DNA from: an uncultured Spirochaetota bacterium
GTDB taxonomy: Bacteria; Spirochaetota; Spirochaetia; SZUA-6; CAVTHK01
Assembly: GCA_963734495.1 (NCBI GenBank)
Contig: CAVTHK010000013.1
Span: forward strand, 256,001 to 320,000
DNA: 64,000 nucleotides
Direction: 5' to 3'
Shown here: one piece after another, positions 19,773 to 29,716 of the stretch
Numbering within the stretch: the stretch's first letter is position 1
Layout: each line of letters opens with the position of its first letter
Notes under the pieces: generated by a model
Database searches by the model: none
Told to the model about the DNA's origin: nothing
What the model saw: the letters and a program-made list of their open reading frames with translations, nothing else
Made by a program: the position numbers and the translations under genes

Positions 19773-20610
19773 CTACTTTCGTCCCGCGCCGCGCCGCTTG
19801 TCGGCCTCGAGGACGCGGTCGCGGACCGCGATCAAGTTGTCGGCGTTCACGTACTCGAGAACAAAGGGTAACCCTTCGCAGTGCTGGTGGTACAGGTCCA
19901 GGAACAGCGGCCAGTCGATGTCGCCGTCGCCGACGACGCGCCCCTTGGCGTCGTTGACCTTGCGGTCCTTGCCGTGGAAGTAGCCGATGTGGGGCGCCAG
20001 GTAGCGGAACATGTCCTCTTCGGAGCTGTTGGCGATGAGGTTCGCGGGGTCGAGCAGGACCTTGATCCGGTCGGAGCCGACCTGCGCGATAAAGTCGCGC
20101 GTGCGCTTCGCGCTCGGGACGGGGTCGAGCACGCACGACTCGAGGCACACGTGCAGCCCGTGCCGCGCCGCGGCCACGGCCAGGCGCTGGAAGCTCAGCA
20201 CGAGACGCGCAAAGTCGCTCTCGTAGGTCTCCAGACGCACGCCTCTCGCTCCCGGGCACGAAGCCGGTCTCGGTCGAGACATAGGGGACCCCGTTGGCCT
20301 CGGCGATCTCCATGTGCCGCTCGAAATAGTCGATGTTCTCGTCGAGCTCGCGCTCGTCGGGCTCCATGAGGTTGGTAAAGACTCCGATCGCCGTGACCTC
20401 GACGCCGCGGCCGCGGTAGGTCTCGACGATCTCGCGCGCCCGCTCGTCGGTCAGCCCCGAGATGTCGGAGCGGCCGTTGTAGACCCAGTACTTCGAATCG
20501 GTCTGCGAGAAGCAGAGCTCGGTCCAGCGGAACCCGTTGCTCGCGAGGAGGTCAGCGGTCTCGCGATTCGAGAGCTGCGGAAAGCTCCTGGTCACGACTC
20601 CGACGTCCAC
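19773..20610 (-). CDS. Sugar phosphate isomerase/epimerase (xylose isomerase-like TIM barrel), frameshift near 20245
   Basis: VSTETG, CLES, LLDPANL, FHGKD, GDGDIDW, VLEY. Confidence 0.85.
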
Positions 20611-20688
20611 GGCATGCCTCCTGCGGAACGGTACCACGGCGCCGGGTCCGCCGCCTCCATGAAAGCGCCAGCCGCAAGCATGATCGGG

Positions 20689-22196
20689 TCAGGGCGCGCC
20701 GCTGCGGTGCGTAGCGCGTCCCCTCGCCGGCGGTCAGCGCGCGGTAGGCGACGGCCGTCCGCCCGTAGTCGCCGCCGCGGTCGAGCGCGTAGCCGCGGCC
20801 GACCGCGGTCGCGACGGCGAGCCCCGCGAGCTCGTCCGCGTGCCGATCCAGCAGGTCCGCTCCGGTCTCGCCGTGCCCGTCGAGGATCAGGTGAAGCACG
20901 ATCCTTCCGGCGCCCGCGCTGCGGGCCGCCTCGGCGATGGCGAGGGTCTCCCCGATCGTGCCGTGGGAGCTGGTCTCGGACAGCATCCCGATCAGGTGCA
21001 CGACCGAGCCGCGGCGCGCGGCCCCGCGCGCGAGCGCGGCGAGGCGCGAATGGCCCGCAAACCCGTCGGCAAACGCGCGGCGCAGCCGCAGCTCGTCCTG
21101 CTCGACGACCCTCCCCGCGCCGATCGTGAGGTGGCCGGCCTCCGAGTTCCCGCCGCGGCCCGCGGGCAGGCCGACCGCCACGCCCGACGCCTCCAGGCGC
21201 ACGAGAGGGAGCCGCGCGCTCAGGTCCGCGAGGTGGACCGGCGCCGCGGCCGCGATCGGGTTCGTCTTCGGGTCATCGGGACCGAGGCCCCATCCATCCA
21301 GGATCACCAGGGCCAGCTTCGAAGCGCGGGCGCGGGGGAAGACGAGAGCCGTTCCCGTCATCTCGGCGGGCGCGGGGATCCCGAAAAAGCGCAGCGCGGT
21401 GGGCGCGACGTCCGCGAGGCTTCCCTCGCGCGCGCGGAAGTCCGCGGCGCTCACGCGCCCGGTCCGACACCAGGAACGGGACGAGGCTCGTCGTGTGGGC
21501 GGTTCCCGGGGTGCCGTCGGGGTTCACCCCCACTTCGAGAAGCCCGTGGTCCGCCGTCACCAGGACGGCCGCCTCGGCGGCCGCGGCGGCGCGGAGGATC
21601 CCGCCGAGCGCCTCGTCCACGGCGCGCACGGCGGCGACCTTGGCTTCGAACGCCGGCAGATGACCGACAGTGTCGCCCGCGGCAAAGTTCACGAGCACGA
21701 AGTCGTGGCCGGAGAGGCCCTCGGCGGCGGCGGCGCCTGCTTCCGCGGTGCCCGCGACCACTCTCGTTTCGTGCAGCGGCAGAGGCTCGTTGCGGCGGCC
21801 GTTGAAGAAGAAGGTGACGAGCGCGCGCTTTTCGGCTCTCGCTCACGGCGAGCTGCCGCAGCCCGGCGCGGCCGAGGGTTTCGCCCAGCGTGTTGGCGGG
21901 GCGGAGAGGCGGGATGAGCGGCTCGACCCGTATGCCCGGATCGTATTCGACGAGAGGCACGAACTCCAGGCCCGGCAGGGGCATCCGCTCGAAAGTGCGG
22001 GAAACTCGCGGGACGTGAAGGCTTCGGTGAGCTGCGCCTCGCGGTCCCCCCTGCGGCAGCAGAAGATCGCCACGTCGCCGGGGCCGATGCGGCCGGCCGG
22101 GCCTTCCGCCCCCGCGGCCACGAGGGGCCGCATCCACGTGTCGGTCTCTCCCCGCGCGTACCGCGCGCGGAGCTCTGCGGCCAGTCCCGTGCTCAC
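20689..22196 (-). CDS. gpmI: Circularly permuted 2,3-BPG-independent phosphoglycerate mutase-like protein, several frameshifts
   Basis: All iPGM motifs present (ILDGWG, GNSEAGH, GRGYALDR, VTFFFNG, DTVGH, TADHG, TAHT, LADVAPT, EMTG), but the canonical C-terminal half precedes the N-terminal half; ends approximate. Confidence 0.85.
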
Positions 22197-22203
22197 CGGG
22201 CTC

Positions 22204-22233
22204 ATTGTCCCGGGAGGCATCGCCGCGTGTCAA
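22204..22233 (-). promoter_or_regulatory. Sigma70-like promoter for the permuted gpmI-like gene
   Basis: TTGACA-18 nt-GACAAT, 7 nt before GTG at 22196. Confidence 0.6.
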
Positions 22234-22320
22234 ACCCGGGGCGGCCGGGCTGGGGCGGGCGCTTGCACCGCAGCCGCAGGACCGGCACAATGCGGCGCGC
22301 GGGAGGACGGCGAGGCAGGC

Positions 22321-23222
22321 ATGACGGTCGCGACAAGGGGCTCCTCGGCGGCGTCGGTGCGGGTCCTCCCCGCGTCGCGGGTGTTCCACGACGAGGGGTT
22401 CCCGCTGCACGCCATGGTCATCGACCAGTTCGACCTCGACCGGCACAGGCACGACTTTACCGAGATCGTCGTGGTGCTCGACGGCGTGGGCGACCACCTC
22501 TTCGACGAGCGCGTCTACCCGATCTGCGCCGGCGACGTCTTCGCGGTCGACAAGAGCCACGCGCACGGCTACCGCAACACGCAGGCCCTGCGGATCGCCA
22601 ACGTGCTGTTTGACGAGCCCTTCCTCACCGCCCGCGCGCCGTGGGTCGAGCGTCTCGCCGGATACCAGGCGCTGGTGCACCTGGAGCCGACGCTGCGCAA
22701 GCAGCAGGCCTTCGGCGGCAAGCTGCGCCTCGGTCCGCAGGCCATGGCGCGCGCCGGCGAGCTGGTCCGCAGGCTGCTGGAAGAGCTGCGCGGCGCCGCG
22801 AGGGCTACCGCGCGATGGCCTTCGCCCTGCTCACCGAGCTGCTGGTGGACCTCGCGCGCTGGTACGCGGGCAGCGACGTCCAGCAGACCCGCGACGTGGC
22901 CGACGTCGGCCGCGTGATCAGCTACCTCGAGAACCACTACCAGGAGCCCGTCGAGCTCGCCGACCTGGAAAAGCTCGTCGGCCGGTCCACCCGGACGCTC
23001 CTGCGGCGCTTCAACCAGGCGACGGGCCTGACCCCGATCCAGTACCTGCTGCGCGTGCGCGTCGCCCGCTCCTGCGGCCTGCTCGCCGCAAGCGCCCTGT
23101 CCATCACGGACCTCGCGGGGCGCGTCGGCTTCGAGGACAGCAACTACTTCGCGCGGCAGTTCCGCCAGGTGATGGGCATGAGCCCGTCGGAGTACAGGCG
23201 GAACACGAGGGCGCCGCAGTGA
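22321..23222 (+). CDS. AraC-family regulator (RhaR/RhaS-like), frameshift near 22800
   Basis: Cupin HRHDFTEIVVVLDGVG; C-terminal GFEDSNYFARQFRQVMGMSPSEYR. Confidence 0.88.
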
Positions 23223-23543
23223 ACGCTTCGCCTGCGGGCGCGGGCCGCGAGGCGCGGACCATGGGCGCCATGATCCGGCTCTACTGCGCCGCGCGCCACG
23301 GGACGAAGCGGCCCTGCGAGGACTGCGCTCGCCTCGCGGCCTACGCGCTGGACAGGCTGGACCGCTGCCGCTTCGGGTCGCGCAAGCCGGTCTGCGCGCG
23401 CGTGCCCGACTCACTGCTATCGGCCCCGGGAGCGCGAGGCGATCCGCGAGGTGATGCGCTGCGCCGGGCCGAGGATGCTGCTGCGCCACCCGCTCCTCGC
23501 GGCGCTGCACCTGCTGCACCGGGCCAGGGGCGTGCGCGCATGA
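23219..23543 (+). CDS. ygbA: YgbA-like (nitrous oxide-stimulated promoter family) Cys-rich protein, frameshift near 23400
   Basis: MIRLYC..H...CEDC..L..YA..RL.RC.FG..KP.C, then CY...IREVMR.AGPRMLLRHP in the next frame. Confidence 0.8.
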
Positions 23544-24775
23544 GGCGGCGGCGCGAGCGCGGCGCGCGGCCCGCGCAGCGCGGGGCCGGCGACTCCGCGC
23601 TGCTGGAGGCCGCGGCCGGGGCCATCGCCGCGGTGCTCCGCGACGGCCGCCGCGCCGACGCGGAGCTGCACCGCCTGATGCGGGAGAACGCGCGCTGGTC
23701 CGCCGAAGCCAGGGCCGCTGTCGCCTCCGCGGTCCACGACGTGCTGCGCGACTGGCGGCGGCTCGCCTGGGCCGCGCACGCGCGCCGCACCCCCCCGACG
23801 GAAGCGGACGTGCGGGCCGTCGTGGAGGCGTGGGCCGCGTCCGCCGGCCGGCGCCGGGACGCGCCGGACGCCGCGGCGCGCCGCGGCCCCGCCCTCCCCT
23901 TCGCGGTCGAGCACTCGCTGCCCGACTGGCTCGACCGTGCGGGCGCCTCAGAGCTCGGCGGCGAGCGCTGGCGCGCCTTCGCCTCGTGGGCCGAGCGCGA
24001 GCCTCCCCTCTACGTCCGCGCGAACACGCTCAAGATCGGCCCCGAGGCGCTCGCCCGCCGCCTGCGCGCGGAGTGCGGCGCGGACGCGCGCCGCGTCAGC
24101 TGGTCGGTGGACGCCCTCGAGGTGCGCTCCCGCGCCGATCTCCTCGCCACCGAGGCGCACGGGGCGGGGCTTTTCGAGGTGCAGGATGCCGCGTCGCAGC
24201 TGGTCTCGCGGGCTCTGGACGCGCGGCCGGGGATGCGGGTCGTCGACGGCTGCGCGGGCGCCGGCGGCAAGACGCTGCATCTCGCCGCGCTGATGCGCAA
24301 CGAGGGCCGCGTGCTTGCCCTCGACCCGAGCGAGGCGAAGCTCGCGCGCCTCCGCGCGCGGGCCCGCAGGGCCGGCGCCGCGATCGTCGAGACCCGCGCC
24401 GTCGAGTCCACAAAGGTCATCAAGCGGCGCAGCGGGACCGCGGACCGCCTCCTCCTCGACGTGCCGTGCTCGGGCCTGGGCGTGATCCGCCGCAACCCCG
24501 ACATCAGGTGGCGCCTGCGGCCCGAGGACCTCGAGCGCGTGCGGGCGCTGCAGCGCGAGATCCTTTCGACGTATCCGCGCCTCGTGCGCGAGGGCGGTCG
24601 CCTCGTGTATGCGACGTGCAGCGTGCTACCTTCGGAGGGGGAGGAGCAGGTGCGGTGGTTCCTGGAGCGGGAGCCCGGGTCGTGGCGTCTCCTCGAGGAG
24701 AAGCGATGGGGGCCGCCCGGTCAGGACAGCGACGCTTTCTACATAGCGGTGCTGGAGAGAACCCCGCCCGGGTAG
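23540..24775 (+). CDS. RsmB/NOP (Fmu/Sun) RNA m5C methyltransferase
   Basis: EVQDAASQLV, DGCAGAGGKT, LDVPCSGLG, YATCSV. Confidence 0.92.
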   Translation: MRRRRERGARPAQRGAGDSALLEAAAGAIAAVLRDGRRADAELHRLMRENARWSAEARAAVASAVHDVLRDWRRLAWAAHARRTPPTEADVRAVVEAWAASAGRRRDAPDAAARRGPALPFAVEHSLPDWLDRAGASELGGERWRAFASWAEREPPLYVRANTLKIGPEALARRLRAECGADARRVSWSVDALEVRSRADLLATEAHGAGLFEVQDAASQLVSRALDARPGMRVVDGCAGAGGKTLHLAALMRNEGRVLALDPSEAKLARLRARARRAGAAIVETRAVESTKVIKRRSGTADRLLLDVPCSGLGVIRRNPDIRWRLRPEDLERVRALQREILSTYPRLVREGGRLVYATCSVLPSEGEEQVRWFLEREPGSWRLLEEKRWGPPGQDSDAFYIAVLERTPPG

Positions 24776-24983
24776 CGCCCGGCGGCAACCACCTTTACTT
24801 TCGTGTAGTACGGGCCGGCTGTAGGGGGCGGGCGCCTGCCCGCTGTACTCGACGGGCACCTGCCTGCTGTACGAACGGGCGCTTGCCTCGGCAGGCATTG
24901 GCCCGTTGTACTCAACGGGTTGACCGCAAGAGCCTCAGCCGATACCCTGCTACGGGAATCAACGAGTCGAAGGAGGTGTCTCT

Positions 24984-25454
24984 GTGAAGCGAATCGTTCT
25001 GGCGGCGTTCGTGCTCGTCCTGGCTGCGTCGGCGCTCGCGGGCGCGGAAGGGCTGCACGGCTCGCGTATCGGCCTGGAGTTCGGGAACCCGGGCGGAGTG
25101 ATCATCTACCGGCCGAGCGCCTTCGACTTCAAGCTCGGCTACAACTTTGCGTCGGGAAGCGAGTTCCTGTACCTCGCCGCCGACTACCGCATCATCAGCG
25201 GGTACCAGCTCATCGACTTTCTGCACTTCTTCCTGGCCGCGGGCGGCTACGGCGCCTTCTACCTCGAAGACCGCGGGGGCAGCGAGGGGCAGGTCGACAT
25301 TGGCGCCCACATCCCCGTCGGGCTGCAGGCTTTCCTCATGGGACCGACGATCGAGATCTTCGTGGAGGTCGCCCCGACGATCCGCTTCTTCCCCGCGATC
25401 GAGGCGTTCCAGGACTTCCACGGCTATATCGGGTTCACGATCCTGATCAAGTAG
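24984..25454 (+). CDS. Small secreted putative outer-membrane beta-barrel protein (spirochete DUF3996/BAPKO_0422-like)
   Basis: Signal peptide; IGLEFGNPGG; IPVGL...EIFVEVAP; alternating amphipathic strands; AAGGAGG RBS. Confidence 0.65.
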   Translation: MKRIVLAAFVLVLAASALAGAEGLHGSRIGLEFGNPGGVIIYRPSAFDFKLGYNFASGSEFLYLAADYRIISGYQLIDFLHFFLAAGGYGAFYLEDRGGSEGQVDIGAHIPVGLQAFLMGPTIEIFVEVAPTIRFFPAIEAFQDFHGYIGFTILIK

Positions 25455-25513
25455 ACCAGGCAGGGGCGCGCGGCTCGTGTCAACGGCGGCCGCGCGCCGC
25501 CTCTTCCTCGACT

Positions 25514-27779
25514 TCAGCCCAGATCCCGGTATCGCCCCGGCGTGATGCCCTCGTGCCGCTTGAAGGCGCGGATGAGGGCGTTGGCGCTCGTGTAGCCGAC
25601 CGCGCCCGCCACCTCGGCGAGCGGGGCGCGGCCCTCCATGAGCTTCTTGGCCACGGCGACCCGCGTGCGGCCGATGTGCTCCAGCAGGCTCTCCCCGGTC
25701 ATCTCCTTGAAGAGACGCGAGATGTACCCCTGGGTGAGCCCGAAGTGGTCCGCGATCATCGAGATGCTGAGGTTGACGTCGCGCGTACTGGCTCTCCACG
25801 AAGCCCCTGATCTCGAGCGCGAGCCGGTCGTCCTTCTTCAGGTTGCCCAGCGTCCGGCACACCCCCGCAACGGTCCCCCGCACCTCGGCGCGGAGATCCT
25901 CGAGGTCCCGCGTCCTCGAGAGGACGTCGACGAGCGGCTGGACCATGTCGGCCATCGCGTGCTGCCTGCCCGGCCCCGCCGTCGCGGCCACCTTGAGCAG
26001 GAGGTTGTACATGTCGAAGACGAAGCACTTGATCGCCTGCACCGACGGCTCCGCCTCGAGGAAGTTGCGCTCGAAGAGCTCGTCGAAGATGGCGCCCGCC
26101 TGCTCGTCGTCGCCGGCGCGCACCGCGTTCAGGAGCTGCCGCTCGGTCTCCAGCGGGCACGTGTAGACGGAGCGCCGCTCCCGGGTCTCGTCGAAGCGTA
26201 TGACCCGGCCCGGGCCCGCGACCAGCTTGTACTCCAGCGCGTCGAGGGCCTCCTGGTAGCAGTCCGGGATCCCGGCGACGTCGCTGTGGATCGTGCTCAG
26301 GCCGACGGTCGATTCCAGCTCGAAAGCCGCCCGGAGGTGCCGCCTCGCCTCGTCCACGATCGCATCGAGGTCCCGGTTCCACTCCGGGGCCGAGAGCAGC
26401 CTGAGGTTGACCACGCACGCGAGCATGTCGTCGATCTCGGTCACCAGGCCGCGATGCTGACGCTCGATGATCGCCTCGATGCTGTTCGCGAGGATGAACG
26501 AGGCGAGCCTCAGGCCTGGGTTGCGATCGGCCGGATCTCCGCCGGAGCCCTCGATGTAGACGATGAACACGGCATAGTAGGGCGAATAGGGAACGACCCC
26601 GAAGTCGGCAAACGACTCCTCCACCTCGACGACGCTTGCGAACCTGCCGCGCACGAGCCTGCGGACAAAGTTCTGCTTCATCGCCGCGTTGTACTGGCGC
26701 AGGCTGGAATCGAGCCTCTCCCTCTGCTCGAGCGTGGCCGCGACCGCGGCCCGCAGCACCTGGTATTCGTTCCCGCGGTCGACGGGGATGCCGGCGAGCG
26801 CCGCCATCTCTGTCGCGACTTCCGAGATGTGGTTGTAGTTGCGCCTGGCGAACGTGTAGGCGGTCGCGCCGCCCGCGGCGAGACAGATCAGCAGCCCGAG
26901 GATGGTGAGGTTCTGCAGGTAGGTCACCCTGCGGGTGAACGCGTTCGACGGCATCACCGAGGCGATCTTCCAGCCGGGCGGCGACAGCTTCACCGTTGAG
27001 ACGAGCAGCGTGCCCCCCGCCCGGCCGCTCAGGCGGACCGCCGCGCCTTCGCGTAGCTCGGCGTAGCGCAGCCCTTCGGGGACGCGGCCGCCTCCCGCGG
27101 CGGCGACCAGTCGGTCGGACTGGTCGACAATGACGATCGACTCGCGCTCGCTCCATGCGACCGCCTTGAGGGTCGAGGTTAGCCATTGCCGGTCCATCCG
27201 GATGACCAGCGTCGCGCTCATCGCCATGTGCGGGTCCGGCGGAAGCGACTGCATGTAGGTCAGCTCGTCGCCGACCCTCACGAAGTCCCCCTCGTGGTTG
27301 CCCTTCACGAGGGAGAGCCAGTCCCGGTAGCTCGGCATGTCCTCCCGGACGTAGAGCTCGTGGAAGAGGGTCGAGCTGCACACGGTCTCCGAGGACAGGA
27401 CGATGTCGGAATCGTGGAAAAAGACGAACATGCTCTCGACGAACGTGTGCGACGCCTTGTAGATGACGAAGTCGCGCGAAAGGAGGAAAAGGGCGTAGCG
27501 GTCGGAGAGCCCGATAGGCGCCTTGAGCGACAGGAAGCTGGTCACGCGCGGGTTCCACGAGGCCTGCAGCTTGAGCCTCTCGACGTCCTCGAGCCGCGAG
27601 TTGATCGCCTGCGCGGCCTGGCGGAGCGTCGCGCCCTTGGCCTGCTCGATCTCCCCGACCAGGATGCGTCTGGCCTCGAGGTAGACGGCCGCGGACAGCG
27701 CGACCAGGATGACCACGATGACGCTGTAGGAGAGCAGCCAGGCGAAAAAGACGCTCCGTCGCCCGGGAAAGACGCCCAC
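25514..27779 (-). CDS. Membrane-anchored AraC regulator with sensor domain (YesS-like), frameshift near 25785
   Basis: Two TM helices flanking a sensor region; C-terminal YISRLFKE...VGYTSANALIRAFKRHEGITPGRYR. Confidence 0.85.
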
Positions 27780-27800
27780 CGCGGCCCCCGTCCTTCGGCC

Positions 27801-28682
27801 CTATTCCTTGAGGGCCCCGATCATGATGCCCTTGATGAAGTAGCGCTGCAGGAACGGGTAGACGAACAGGATCGGCAGCGTCGCGGTCATGATGGTCGCG
27901 TACTTCACGGTCTCGCCGATCGGCTCCTTGTCCGCTGACGACGCCTCCGTCGTCATGCTGTCGGTGCTCGACGCGATCAGGATCTCGCGGAGCACGAGCT
28001 GCAGCGGGTACTTGTCGCGCGTGCGCAGGAAGATCATCGCGGGGAACCAGGAGTTCCAGTGGCCGACGGAGTAGAAGAGGATCATCACCGCCACGACGGG
28101 CATCGCCAGCGGGATGATGATCCAGAACAGGATCCGGTAGTCGCTCGCGCCGTCGATCTTGGCGGACTCCTCCATGCTGTCGGGGATCTGGGCGAACGAC
28201 GTCCTCATGATGATCAGGTTGTAGGTGCTGATGGCGGTCGGCAGGATGAGGGCCCACATCTTGTTCGCGAGCCCGAGCCCCTTCACGACCAGGTAGTAGG
28301 GGATGAGCCCGCCGGAAAAGAACATCGTGAACACGATGAAGAACATGATGAGGTTCCGCAGCATGAGCCTCTTGCGCGAGAGCACGTAGGCTCCGAGGGA
28401 GGTCATCAGGAGGTTCAGCACCGTTCCGATGCTCATGTAGACCAGCGTGTTCGTGTAGCCGGCCAGGATCATGGGGTTGGAGAGGACCAGCTTGTACGAG
28501 CCGAGGCTGAAGCCGAGCGGCGCCACGAGGAAGCCCATGTGCTTCGCCATCTCCGTCGGGTCGCTGATGGAGGCGAAGGTGACGAACAGGAACGGGTACA
28601 GGGTCATCACCACCACGAGCGTCAGGAAGACGGCGTTGAAGGCCATGAAGACGTAGTCGCCGGGTCCGTTCCTGCGGCTCAC
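27801..28682 (-). CDS. Carbohydrate ABC permease (LplC-like)
   Basis: FSGGLIPYY, EESAKIDGAS, YPFLQRYFIKG. Confidence 0.92.
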   Translation of the reverse strand: MSRRNGPGDYVFMAFNAVFLTLVVVMTLYPFLFVTFASISDPTEMAKHMGFLVAPLGFSLGSYKLVLSNPMILAGYTNTLVYMSIGTVLNLLMTSLGAYVLSRKRLMLRNLIMFFIVFTMFFSGGLIPYYLVVKGLGLANKMWALILPTAISTYNLIIMRTSFAQIPDSMEESAKIDGASDYRILFWIIIPLAMPVVAVMILFYSVGHWNSWFPAMIFLRTRDKYPLQLVLREILIASSTDSMTTEASSADKEPIGETVKYATIMTATLPILFVYPFLQRYFIKGIMIGALKE

Positions 28683-28691
28683 GACACCCTC

Positions 28692-29642
28692 CTAGAACAG
28701 GCTCGCCTGGTTCAGGCGGCGCACGGTCGCGTTGGCCAGGAGCAGCAGCGAGAAGTTGATGATGGAGTTGAAGATCCCGACCGCCGCCGAGTAGCTGTAG
28801 CTGAACTCCAGCAGCCCCTTGCGGTACACGAACGAGGAGATGACGTCGCCGGTCTCGAACGTGCTCTGGTTGACCAGGAGGATGACCTTTTCGAACCCGA
28901 TGCTCATCATGTTCCCCATCCGCAGGACGAACAGGATGATGATCGTCGGGAGGATGCCCGGCAGGGAGATGCTCCAGATCTTGCGCAGGCGGCCCGCGCC
29001 GTCCATCTCCGCGGCCTCGTAGAGCTGCGGGTCCACCGCGGAGAGCGCGGCCAGGTAGATGATGGAGCCCCACCCCGTCGTCTGCCAGACCTCGCTCGCC
29101 ACGTAGATCGGCCGGAAGAGCTCCGGCTGCAGCAGCAGCGGGAAGCGCTTGCCGCCCAGGGCGGCGATGATGTCGTTGATCAGGCCGCTGCGGCCGGTGA
29201 AGTCGATGATGATGCCGCAGACCACCATGATCGAGATGAAGTGCGGCAGGTACGAGACCGTCTGCACGAATCGCCGGGCGGCCTGCAGCCGCACCTCGTT
29301 CAGCAGGATCGCGAGGAGGATCGGGAGCGGGAAGCCGAACACCAGGATGTAGAGGTTCAGCAGCAGGGTGTTGCGGAAGATGCGGACAAAGTAGTAGCTG
29401 TTGAAAAAGCTCTCGAAGTGCACGAATCCCGCCCAGGGGCTCCCGAGGATCCCCTTGACGGGGCTGAAGTCCTTGAACGCGATCGACGCCCCGTACATCG
29501 GGCCGTAGTGGAAGAGCAGGTAGTAGGCGAGGACCGGGATCGCCATGATGTAGACCTGCCGGTTCCGCACGAGGTCCCGGGCGAGCTCGGCGAGGCGCCC
29601 GGCAGGTTCCGCGATGCGCGTGCTCTTCTCGGTCGCAGCCAT
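28692..29642 (-). CDS. Carbohydrate ABC permease (LplB-like)
   Basis: YLPHFIS, GWGSIIYLAALS, LYEAAEMDGAG. Confidence 0.92.
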   Translation of the reverse strand: MAATEKSTRIAEPAGRLAELARDLVRNRQVYIMAIPVLAYYLLFHYGPMYGASIAFKDFSPVKGILGSPWAGFVHFESFFNSYYFVRIFRNTLLLNLYILVFGFPLPILLAILLNEVRLQAARRFVQTVSYLPHFISIMVVCGIIIDFTGRSGLINDIIAALGGKRFPLLLQPELFRPIYVASEVWQTTGWGSIIYLAALSAVDPQLYEAAEMDGAGRLRKIWSISLPGILPTIIILFVLRMGNMMSIGFEKVILLVNQSTFETGDVISSFVYRKGLLEFSYSYSAAVGIFNSIINFSLLLLANATVRRLNQASLF

Positions 29643-29716
29643 GGCAGTCCCCGGAGTATAACACGGAAGGGGGGCCGGGCGCCGCCCGGTCCCCCCATGT
29701 CACTCCGCTCGAGAGA

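Noticed and set aside
22610-24775. YgbA-RsmB fusion (likewise apparent SBP-ATPase fusion 49394-51970)
   Set aside because: Created by a single frameshift; separate stop/start overlaps exist at 23540-23543 and 50445-50449.
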